Shown one piece after another: positions 13,517-33,773 of a stretch of DNA of 64,000 nucleotides. The stretch's first letter is position 1; each line of letters opens with the position of its first letter. This DNA comes from Trichoplax adhaerens. Lineage: Eukaryota; Animalia; Placozoa. Below the pieces are notes generated by a model. The model saw only the letters and a list, made by a program, of their open reading frames with translations, made no database searches and was not told the origin of the DNA. The position numbers were made by a program, and so were the translations under genes. The stretch lies in the NCBI RefSeq assembly GCF_000150275.1, contig NW_002060947.1, forward strand, positions 4,268,335 to 4,332,334, read 5' to 3'.

Positions 13517-14479
13517 TTAATTGCCTTGTTTATTCTTTCTTAGTAATACATCGAAAAACTTAGTTCTTATATTTGAGTCGAATTTAAGATATATGAATGG
13601 ATTAATAAGAGTAATACCAATACTCGTCCCTAATGAGTAAAATAGGAATAGAAATTCAGCCAGATTTCTTTTACGTATAGCGAGAACTGATTGACGAGTT
13701 ACTGCCATACCAGTAATACCAGCGAAAAATGGCCAAGTTGTTAAAACATACCAAAGTGTAATAGTAATTAGTATTTTAATAAATTTTTTTTTCTTCAATT
13801 CTCGCTCTTGCGGTTGTCTTGAATTTTGTCCTGGTCGTACATAATGCTTTTGATGATAGATTATTCGCCAATAAATATTAGCTATCAATGAGCATGGTAG
13901 AATATATTGCATAATGCAAAACATGATAATAATGATAGGAATTGCAATGTAACGATCGATTTCAGGTACATCACAAAGTGTTGGATCTTCTGGGGTTCCG
14001 CCAATATAAGGTACAAGAAATAAATTGTAGAATATAGATAATAACCATGATGCGATTTGTTCGATAAAGAAGATTCGACGACGGTATCGTCGATGGAAAC
14101 GAGATAGCGGTTTAACAATTGCAAAATAACGATCCATAGCGATTAAACATAAATTATTCATGGAGATTCCATTAAAAGTAAATGCGAGATTAAAAATGAT
14201 TTGGCATAATAATTTACCTGATTGATAAGAGAAATCTTGCGCTACAAGAGAATAACCAATAACAGCTGTTAGACTGGACATCGTATCCGATATAACTGAA
14301 ATGCGAATTAATTTATAGGTGATACTTTGAAAGACCTTTTCTTGAAGTAGAACATAGAGTAAGAAGACATTTAATATAAATGCGAAAGCAAAAAGAGGAA
14401 CAAGAGCTATACTTGTATAATAGTATATGACTGAGCCCATATCGATGGTACGATTATTCTCATAAGTAGAATTATTCAT
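13517..14479 (-). CDS. Intronless class A GPCR, 320 aa, paralog of 3899..5155 with truncated C-tail
   Basis: Colinear and highly similar to the 418-aa GPCR (YKLIRISVISD, IAMDRYFAIV, QKHYVRPG, NPFIY). Confidence 0.93.
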   Translation of the reverse strand: MNNSTYENNRTIDMGSVIYYYTSIALVPLFAFAFILNVFLLYVLLQEKVFQSITYKLIRISVISDTMSSLTAVIGYSLVAQDFSYQSGKLLCQIIFNLAFTFNGISMNNLCLIAMDRYFAIVKPLSRFHRRYRRRIFFIEQIASWLLSIFYNLFLVPYIGGTPEDPTLCDVPEIDRYIAIPIIIIMFCIMQYILPCSLIANIYWRIIYHQKHYVRPGQNSRQPQERELKKKKFIKILITITLWYVLTTWPFFAGITGMAVTRQSVLAIRKRNLAEFLFLFYSLGTSIGITLINPFIYLKFDSNIRTKFFDVLLRKNKQGN

Positions 14480-17171
14480 ATTAGATTTGATGTATATAAT
14501 TTCGGTTTATGTCAATCTTGAGTTAATTTCAGATATTTGAATGCATACATCGAATTATAGTAAGTGTATTTGGGTACAAACCGTCCAAATCTTTCAAATC
14601 TTCAATTTTGATCTTAATTACGTGATGCAGACTTTTTATTGGATTAGTTAGCTGTTTTAACCTTATTATTTTCCGCAGTGTTATTACCAGAATTTCGAAG
14701 TAATGGCCCCGTATTAAAAGTAGACTCATACTTGAATAATATATGTTTTATTTTAATTAATGTTACTGGATAATAAAAGAAGAGTTATGGTTTAGCCTTT
14801 ACTTGTAGTATTAATATCTATAATGGCTTTAAGTATTACATAGAATTGAAGACAATAACGGACAATATCATAATATTATTTTTTGTATCCTTGTTGAAAT
14901 GTTTTAAAGTCACTCAAATTTCAGCATGATTATAGAACAGATGTATGTAGTGAAAGCAGCTATTTCGGTAATCTATTGTTTAGAGTAATACTTTTATTTT
15001 ATTTAGTCGAAGTGTAAACATTATCTGACATTCTGTATTCGCTTTATCGATCCATGGGAGTATAATGTATAAAATATAATTACCGAATAAATTTCTAGAA
15101 TTGAATGATTTTAATGGAACTCATTATTAGAATAGTATATAACTTGATCAAGCTCTTAGAATACATCTACTTGATTACTCAATCGAATTTATAGTCTACA
15201 GGTCAATGTTGTCGAAATTTAACATCAAAAGTGTTTAAAATTTTGGCTTAGATATAGTTGTAACAAATAGTTCTTTCACTAAAAATTTGCCATAGTCTCC
15301 AATTTTAAGAACTATTAAGTTCGTAATAATACATTACAAAGTAGTATCATTTTCAGCTATTAACTGACATAAACAAAAATTCATAATATTTTGTAAGAAA
15401 TATAATAGATTCATTCACAAACAAAAAGGATAGCCTAGACTCCCTGAAGGTGACAATAGGACTAATCACTGGGTAATGCAATAGTATTTCAAATTGTCGT
15501 ATTTTATGTACGGTTTTTAGATCTAAGATTTTCAACAAACACTATAATGATGACCTTAGTATTCGCTAATAGGGGAAAAAATTATTAGAAAAGCTAGCAA
15601 AAGAGATCAATATGGTACGCTACTTTGACTATCAACCTATAGCTTATTGATTGTTATTTCAGACATTAATTATGCTAGGTTTATAAAAAAGAAAATTATT
15701 TGTATCCACAAAACATAGCGAGCTTTTTGCATTACATTTTTCTTATGCCAGTATAGTGTGCTGTTTTAATTATTATTACTTTATTATATATTAAATAATA
15801 TAGTTGTCGCAATATCACATCTATAGTAATTAACACCTTTAACCAGTTGAAAATCTCCCTTAAGTATACAAATTTGCATACGGTAGCATTTATTAGCGGA
15901 ATTTAATTATTTTTGATGATATTACTTATATAATTAGATTCAAACCCATTTCCTGGCAGATAATATTTAATTCGTTCAACACACAATGCCTAATACTATT
16001 TGTTTCTTAGTATAGACTATGTACACTTATTAATGGTATCAACTAAGAAAACCTTCCTAGTTTTACTTCATTCTTGTTATGTGACGATGTGTTACGGTGT
16101 TATCTCATAGTAGAGAAGTTAGTGATATTTAGTGGCATAGCCTTATTCAGATTACGAGATAGTTCATACTTAGATGATTTGCAATATAATATGCTATTGT
16201 GACTAATTCACAATAGATTGTATTCTATATTCTGACTTTATGATTCTGTGAATAGAAGTATTGTAAACTGACTATCCCTTGTGTTGATTTATTAGATGTC
16301 TACATTTTTATATACTGCTGTATTAATTAGGCATTTTGAAATAAATTTATTACCTGATTTATAGACACTATTGATACACATTATAACTTCTAGCAACTGA
16401 AGAAATGAAAATGAGATTACTATTTGTATAATCAAGCCCTTTCTTAAGTTTAGTGCTTAACGAAAGACTGAAGGCGTTATACTGGCTGAGAATCTACAAA
16501 ATTAGGGATAATTATTCCCAAGTATTTGTTAGACAGATTTTAGTGCCGTGATGCATAGTCTGGGAAGAATATTACAAGATCTGGCCTTTTTATAATCTTA
16601 TCACAGAACTGGTTTGTGGCAGATAGTATAACTTGTTCTTAAGAAATTATTTTGCAATTTATAGTGTATAGAATAATCCTGGAAAAGATGTGTTACATGG
16701 AACATTTATGGTAAATTTTAAATAAGTAATTACCGTAAAATATCAGCTTGATATGAATTGGGAGCTTTATGAATAGGTTGAATGAATAATTTAATCTTAA
16801 TACACCTAATGGAAATTGATATAATAGTACAGTAATAAATACAAGAATGAATTAACTCTAAAATTTCCAATCAGGTGTTTTCATTAAATTCATTATTAAA
16901 TGCTATACTGTACAGACAATCGTGTAAATATTTTACAGTTATTTATTTATTGATAAACGTATGCATTGCCTGATATCATGTACGAGAATGATCTACGTTG
17001 GTCAATCGTTATTGAGTATTAATTTATCTGTATAATAAAATAAATTCATAGCTGATTATTTTCAAAGTAAATATGAATAGTTAATAGGTGATTCATACAG
17101 AAATGTATACACTATTGAGTAACTCTTTACTTACAAGATTTATTTGACACCAAATAGCTGTGGCTGTAATA

Positions 17172-17800
17172 ATGTCTAACGTATCTGATAGTAGTATAAC
17201 ATATGGTAGTCTTAATATCTTTTGCTACTATGCCAGTCTAGCCAGTGGCATCTTATTGTATATGTATTATGGGATTTCTTGCTAATTTATTTATATTATA
17301 TATTTTAATTCATGATGAAAGTTTTCAATCTATTCCATATAAGTTAATTCGAGCTTCTATTATCTCCGATATTTTATCAAGTTTAACCGTTAGTGTTGCA
17401 GGTTTTTAGTATCTCAATAATTTACTTATGCTGAAGGTACAACTAGTTGTAGAATTGTTTTATTTCTTACATTTACCTCCAATGGTGTGTATGCTAAATC
17501 TGTGCTCAATTGCTGTCGACTGTTACTTTTCTATCATCAAACCTCAAAACCGAGGCTATCTATCGTTTACATCACCGACGTATTTTCTTTATTAATCAAA
17601 TTTTAACTTGGATAATATCAACTGGCTACACAAGAACACTTATGTCTGCTGTTTGAGTCTCTTATCAAGACCCCATATTATATGATCTACCCAATATTTC
17701 AAATGACATGACTGTTTCTATTCGGCTCGTTGGTCTTGTCTTTTACAACACTTTATGCCGTGTATTGGTATTGCCACCTTTTATACCAAGATAATATTAC
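17172..17800 (+). pseudogene. GPCR pseudogene (TM1-TM5; TM6-TM7 lost), duplicate of the 10665 pseudogene
   Basis: About 380 bp (17234-17613) is near-identical to 10718-11098, including the same stop and frameshifts. It continues with ECL2/TM5-like DPILYDLPNI...FMPCIGIATFYTKIIL. Confidence 0.85.
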
Positions 17801-19162
17801 GAATCTGTAGAATTAGGGATAAGTGTTTTTAAGTGTTTGATAGACAGATTTTAGTGCCTTGATACGCGTACGTAGTTTACATAGAGGTAAAAAAACCTAG
17901 AGTATATACTCCTATATAATACAGTGCAACTCACTGACACCAGCAATGAAATCTATCCGCTATTGAAATGCAAGGCGTAATGATACTGTAACTACATATT
18001 TAACTAGTTTTGCTAACCTTATTACGATATTGTTGCATAGATTATCACAATAACTAATCTCTGACAATTTAATATAGCGATAGATAATTATATATAATCG
18101 AACTGATATAATCTAAAGGTGTCGAAATAAGATTTTACAGTAAGTACTTACGTAATAAGTATCAAAGTGTACGTGTGCCTTTAACAACTGATACCACTTA
18201 TTTTAAAATTTCAGCTATTTATTATATTCCGATAAATATTGGGTATGCTTAATACTCGTAATTCTAGAATTGATGAATCAACGAAGATAACCTGCTTTTT
18301 TGTAACTTGAAATTGACATCAGTTGTCAAGACCATTAAACTGTAGTTACACTACCGTGATCAGAGCAAAAGAACGATAGAATAATATAATAACAAACATC
18401 ATACGGTATCCAAGTTATTAGATAGATTAACCATAGTTAATACGGTGTTTGACAGTTATCTTCAATTATAAAGTTAGTAACAGAGAATTTTTCGCTCCTG
18501 CACACTACATGAATATTCACGAAATGAGAAATAAGAACATACGTTTATGTATACCACAGTGACAGCTACCTGAAGTTTATATAAGCAAACATGCAAGTAC
18601 TTAATAAAGGACCAAATATTTCATCTTATCTCACGAGCTTGTTTAGTCTATATATTTCTAATTAGAAGAAAGCATTAAGCCTAAAGATTTATTAAAAAGT
18701 CGAAATATCCTACTTAAGCCAAAATTCGACATATATTTTATTCTCACCGACACACATTTTTAACATAACTAAATTTTCTGAAGCATTATTTCATCAAATA
18801 AGTATACGACAAAATTGCTGAGATGAAAATCGTAATTCGGATTACAATATTAGCTTGCTTGCGTGCAACAAGACGATTACCAAAAAAAATTCAAAAACTT
18901 TCAAGCACTACAGTTTACAGTAATTTATTTCATCAGCCTGACTATATGTTATTATACATAAGACAAACTTGATTTTCCTCCGTCAAATCTAAAAAAATTC
19001 GTTAATATCGATTGCCATTTGGTTACTCCGTCATCTGCAACCATAGTATTACATAACAGAAACTTGATTACAATAATGACACCGTTTCTTTTACTTGAAA
19101 ACCATGATAAACAGTATTTTGTACAATATCGTGTGGTTAAGAGAATTTACTAATATAACTTA

Positions 19163-26004
<6,842 letters not shown>

Positions 26005-26239
26005 GACCGTCCAAATGTTCACTGTAAGTCGGACTGTTCAAGCACCGATATCGTCGAGGTCACTTTTGCCCTTTCTGCTGTGCAGTGCAGGTCAAGATTG
26101 AATCTGCGTTGACGTTGGAGTTTGACTAGACAAGGGTAGTGTGGCGTACTCTAGTCATACACCAACTTGCAATGGAATCCAATAGGCAATTGTAATAACG
26201 TAGAAATATTGTTTTAGTACCATAGCTGCAACGCCGAGG

Positions 26240-26585
26240 CACACTGCTGTACAATGTGTCCAGGGAAGAGACAAAGCGTGTGGTCTCCCGCCGTAACACA
26301 CTCACCTACAGTACGAAAACGAACACTGTAGACGTGATCGAACAACAGTCCACTCTGGTACTGTACTGTACGAGTACAGTATACTCTATCACAACGAGTC
26401 CACTCGCGAGCTTGCTTACAGTCTGTTGTACTGTAGCCTCAGAGTACTGAGTACTCCTTGTGTACTGTACAGTACAGTACACTGTACTGTACACTACAGT
26501 GTACAGTACTTAATCTTACAGTACAGTAAAACCACGTACTGTACTAAGTGCTGTACTGTACTAAGAAATAAAACAGCAGTACAAA
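26240..26585. promoter_or_regulatory. CAGTA/TACTG pentamer island upstream of NAA15
   Basis: For example tgtactgtacagtacagtacactgtactgtacactacagtgtacagtact, 240-580 bp 5' of the NAA15 ATG. Promoter role is inferred from position. Confidence 0.65.
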
Positions 26586-27252
26586 TTGATAGAAACATCA
26601 AGAGCCCAAGGTTGAAATGATCGACAGTATTTGACTCCAATATACAGTATTACACATGCATTGATTGATGTGGAATTAGAGTCCAATTGAATGTACTGTA
26701 AATGCCTTCAAAATTGATAGAAACATCAAGAGCCCAAGGTTGAAATGATCGACAGTATTTGACTCCAATATACAGTATTACACATGCATTGATTAATGTG
26801 GAATTAGAGTCCAATTGAATGTACTGTAAATGCCTTCAAAATTGATAGAAACATCAAGAGCCCAAGGTTGAAATGATCGACAGCATTTGACTCCAATATA
26901 CAGTATTGCATATTGCACATGTATTGATTGATGTGGAATTGGAGTCCAATTCAATGTACTGTAAAATGTAAATGCCTTCAAAATTGATAGAAACATCAAG
27001 AGCCCAAGGTTGAAATGTTCGACAGTATTTGACTCCAATATACAGTATTACACATGCATTGATTGATGTGGAATTGGAGTCCAATTGAATGTACAGTACT
27101 GTAAATGCCTTCAAAATTGATAGAAACATCAAGAGCCCAAGGTTGAAATGATCGACAGTATTTGACTCCAATATACAGTATTACATATGCATTGATTGAT
27201 GTGGAATTGGAGTCCAATTGAATGTACAGTACTGTAAATGCCTTCAAAATTG
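26583..27252. repeat. Tandem array of about 5 units of 128-142 bp between divergent NAA15 and RNF121
   Basis: Unit aaattgatagaaacatcaagagcccaaggttgaaatgatcgacagtatttgactcc... with periods 128, 128, 142, 133 and 133. Confidence 0.95.
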
Positions 27253-27719
27253 GAAAAGATCTAATAATTAATGAAAGGCTATACTGTACAGCTGAATAGC
27301 TTTCCACCAGTATAGAGAGCTCGCCACGCCCCTGAAATCATGGCCTGTTGTACTGTACTGTACTGTGAACTGTTCTATTACTGTATTTGCTGAGTATACG
27401 TGTAAGTCCATTGGCACAGAGTTGAAAGAAACCTGAAGTTTCTTTCAACTCTTTTTGCTGCAAAAGTGTAGAACCATGGACTAGTCAATCTTACCGGTAA
27501 GATTACGTCGTCCATGGTAGAACTGTAGACGATACTGTACTGTAGGATAAAAAGGGTCTGACTCACTTCCTTGCATAGAGATACAAGTATAATCACTTCG
27601 ATGCGTCCTTGTAAAAAGCTTGAGTACTGTTGGAAACTTCCATTAATTAACCTTAATTAATTAATTAATTAATTAAAACGTCCCATGGAGACCGTCATAG
27701 ACAGATGGACTACTAGACG

Positions 27720-28020
27720 CTGTAAGATTGAGTAGTCTACAGTATGTGTTATGGACTCCATACCATGCTATGCAAAACTGTATGGTACAGTACCAGAAGT
27801 CAACAAATACAGTACGGTACCGGTACAGTACAGTACTGTAAAAAGAGGTCTGAAGTCTGTAGCTTACCAGTAGTGAGTTGGGTACTGTACTGTACTGTAC
27901 AGTACAGTGTACTGTACACGTGGACAGTGCAGCAGTGGATGCTGAGTGTCGTGTACTGTACAATGTACAGTACAGTCTACAGCCTACAGTGTATTATACT
28001 GTACAATTGGACTACTGGAC
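27720..28020. promoter_or_regulatory. CAGTA/TACTG pentamer island upstream of the RNF121 5' UTR exon
   Basis: Contains ggtactgtactgtactgtacagtacagtgtactgtacac and similar runs. Followed by a candidate non-coding exon ending at donor caatttg|gtaggt (about 28168). Confidence 0.65.
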
Positions 28021-29599
28021 TTGACTGATGGATTGGTGTTGACGAGTTCCTTAAGGTTAAAGCATTGGTTTCCTTCCCTACGATACAACTACTGAATGGA
28101 CTGACAAGAAAGAGGGTGAGAAAACTGCCTAGTTTATCATCGATTCAACGTATAGACTACTCAATTTGGTAGGTATAGAATACTGTACAATCGTTTTCAA
28201 TCATAGCCATCTCTTTCGATTGACTGTATTCTGCAATTCATGACCAAGAAATAGAGTAAATGGTCTGAACTTGCGGTCTCTCGTTGGCTTCAGTGCTGTT
28301 CGGTAGAATAATAATAAGTAGACAGTAGTGAATGAATATTGTTCTAATTTGGCCGATCCAAATGAAATTACACTACGGTCTGCTAGTGACAGTCATTATG
28401 CTTTCAGTCTGTCAATGACTGGATTAGACATACTATACTGTTACGTCGAGCATGTTTCCATCGATTTCTGATGTGTATATTGCGCGTCTATACGGACAGG
28501 ATCATACACCTCTTGAATGCATCAATTAATTAATCCATATACAGCACACGTACATACGTATACCCTGCGCTAGGTCAATAATAATCAATACCAGACCCAA
28601 TATGAACTTGTGTCATATCCAAAAGCAACTTAATACCTCATATATAGACTGTTTAGAGAAAATCAATCATTCAGTTCATATGAATACTTTTGAAACCTTA
28701 CTGTTGGTGAAGGAGAAACTGCAATACTCGCTGTTATTGCATTCAATCTTACACTATTGAACTATTCATTATATATATATATATATATATACATACTCAA
28801 CCATAATGAGATTTCAACGATCCAATACATACATACCATATCAAGTAGTCATCCAAGGTGTTGTTGTAAAAGCATGGCAAATACATAATAGTCTGCAAAG
28901 AGTAATTTATTGATCGATTTTGGATTACCGTAATAACAATAGATTGTTGTTCACGTACGGTTAATAATATTAAGAATGAACGCTAATTGCTGGACACGAA
29001 TAATACTCGGATATAATTATAATTATTATTCGTCTTTATTATCAATGAGTAAAGTAGATCTACCGTCATAATTGCTTGTCAGGTAATACAGTGTGATTAA
29101 TGCTTGACTTATTTGGATGACAATCATCATCTTGTTTTAAAAGTACAGCCCAACACATCAGCTCTGACTGCGTTCGGAGATTAACATCTGACAGTGATTG
29201 AGACAGTTGACTTTAAAGGTATATTGTATGGTAAATAGGATTTCAAAGTATTAACAGATTTAGAGTCAATTTTTGCCTGCTATATAATAATCAATCAACT
29301 ACTGTCTATCATAGCTAGTTCAAAAATCAGATCATTTAATTGATCGAATAAATGGGTTGCTGAATTATTTCCTATTTGGAATAGAGCAGCCGTGGACCAT
29401 TTGTTATCATAGCTTATCGTACAATATATGTTTTGATCATATTTAAATATATAACACTTGCTGCTCTTCTGTATCATGTTTATAACCTGTAAGCTTTTGA
29501 CTGTGCTACTAATTTATCTTCATATATTTCATCTCTAGGTAATTAAAACTACTCATAGCCGACGTATTGCTAGATTAGTTACAATCAATTGAATTTGTC

Positions 29600-31654
<2,055 letters not shown>

Positions 31655-33773
31655 TTGTTGGCAATATTTACGCAATGCGTATTATTCACGAAAAATTAAG
31701 CCGTAGAACATTATTCGATTAATAAATATGCGTTCTATCCATAGTTAATTAATTAATCTTTGGTTACATTTTTAAGTATGATTCAATAATTCATCGAATC
31801 ATAGTTTACCAAAATTAGATTTGACATACTGTATTATCACTCATATATCTCTAATAAGTGGGTTTACTATTCAGATCAGTGACTAGTACGCGTTCTTTAA
31901 ACAACTTCGATTCATATAAATAATATGGAGAAATTTTTTTTATAAGTAAATGACCCATTACATAAGTATACATATCTTGCAAAATTTTCGCACACCACTT
32001 AGATATTCACAGAGCGTAGCTGTCTTTAGGATAATATTATAAATTTTATTGCTTAAAATACTAGGCAACTTGTACAAAATATTATTCATGCATGAGACGA
32101 TTTGTGCATACATCTGCTTCGCATGTATTATTATCTTGAAATCCTAACCATTCATTTGGCTAACTATTTTATCCTTCAGCCTCTGATGAGACCTGTTGAT
32201 AACAGTTAATGATGTGCAATAAATAAAATTTTATGCTTGTGAAATTTTTCGTCCCAGTCTTCCAGGCTAAGCCAATATTGCGTGCGTACGGTATGCGGCA
32301 TTGATATCTCGTACGAATGGTTAATGACAAGGTACGATAGAAGGTTTGCATGCAGTGGCTCGCTTGTTACTCAAGTAAAGAAGGATAAAATACCCAAATA
32401 TTCTTATATCACCGTGGATAATATTAGCTCTATAAGTAGAACATGCACACAGATTTGTTATCAAATTTTCATATCTGCAGCCGATACAAAACTCGAAGTA
32501 CTATAATATACTAGTATACACAGTCTATCATCATTGCGCTTGCTTACGGCAGAATCAGCTACTTATAGTATACAGACAAAGATACTGTATATCATCAATA
32601 TACAGTAATAAAATGAATTGTTTTGTATTATAGACTTGCATTATTTATGAGCGAAGTAATCTGCGATTGAGTCAATACTACAGTAAATTGATATTAGTAT
32701 AGTAGTAATTAATGATTGAAAAGCAAATGGCGAAAGATCAGATACCAAATATCTAGCATCAACGGTATGCTAGAACTCGATCATATGTCTTCACGATATT
32801 GTGTAATGACATTGCAGATTTACATTATGAAATGGTTTAGGAGGTTTCGTCGTTCGAAAACTATAACACATACTCGTATACTAATTATTGGATTCATGAT
32901 TTAGATTGAAAGAGTAACATTGCAAATTTCAATTACAATTATAAAGGACTTTAATGTTGTAGACTACTATATTTAACAAAATTATACCATATATAACAAG
33001 TGTTTAATGGTGAAGCCGTAGTTTTAACACGGAAACTTATTCGGCTGATATAGCATTTGCAAATTATTCAATTTGATATGAAAGGTATTCTAAAAGACAT
33101 ACTAAGTTGTGATAGCCAATCGCCAATAGCGTACAGTGAAGCTTCCGTTGATTCAAGCTATAGTTTTAAAATCGTTGGAATAAAAAACAAGAAATAGAAA
33201 AACTATTTTTAAATTGGAGCAGTGGCGATAACTACTTTGCATCATATAACTGTTACATGCCATTTCGAATGCCGCATATACGATAAATAAGTACATATAT
33301 ATATTCGAATGCAATAAGCAGTAATTATATCTAACTTGCATTCAAATATGTTCACGGTAGAGCAAAAGAATTACATTAAATAAACGATCAAGTTGATCCA
33401 ATTGGCAATTTAAATTTAAAATTAATATAGTAAAACCTTTTTTACTATTTCACTAATTTACTACTACGACACTACACTATAAAATTAGTCTTATTTTAAT
33501 AATTACAGCATTTAAAGGATATATCATAAAGTGTGGGATAATAATACAGCGATTTACAATTTCATAATTCCTTTACTATCACTAGCGACGTGTAATAGTT
33601 TGTATACGTGTATGTATGTATGTATAGTATCACATTCATTAAAACCCATTAATTTGCATGATAGTTTACTTGATACTCATAATCATCTACTTTAAGTTTG
33701 AACTTTTCTATTAGATACATTATCATTGATGTTTTGTTGGATTGTAGTAAAGATATTAATTTGCTAATGCGCA

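Noticed and set aside
26583-27252. CRISPR-like appearance of the 128-bp array (and the 52420 and 894 arrays)
   Set aside because: Whole units repeat with no unique spacers, there are no cas genes, and the context is eukaryotic.
26256-28028. Many short ORFs rich in Y/S/T/V/Q/C (also 46029-46574, 49382-49645, 50985-51931)
   Set aside because: They are translations of the CAGTA pentamer islands and tandem arrays, occur on both strands, and show no protein-family features.
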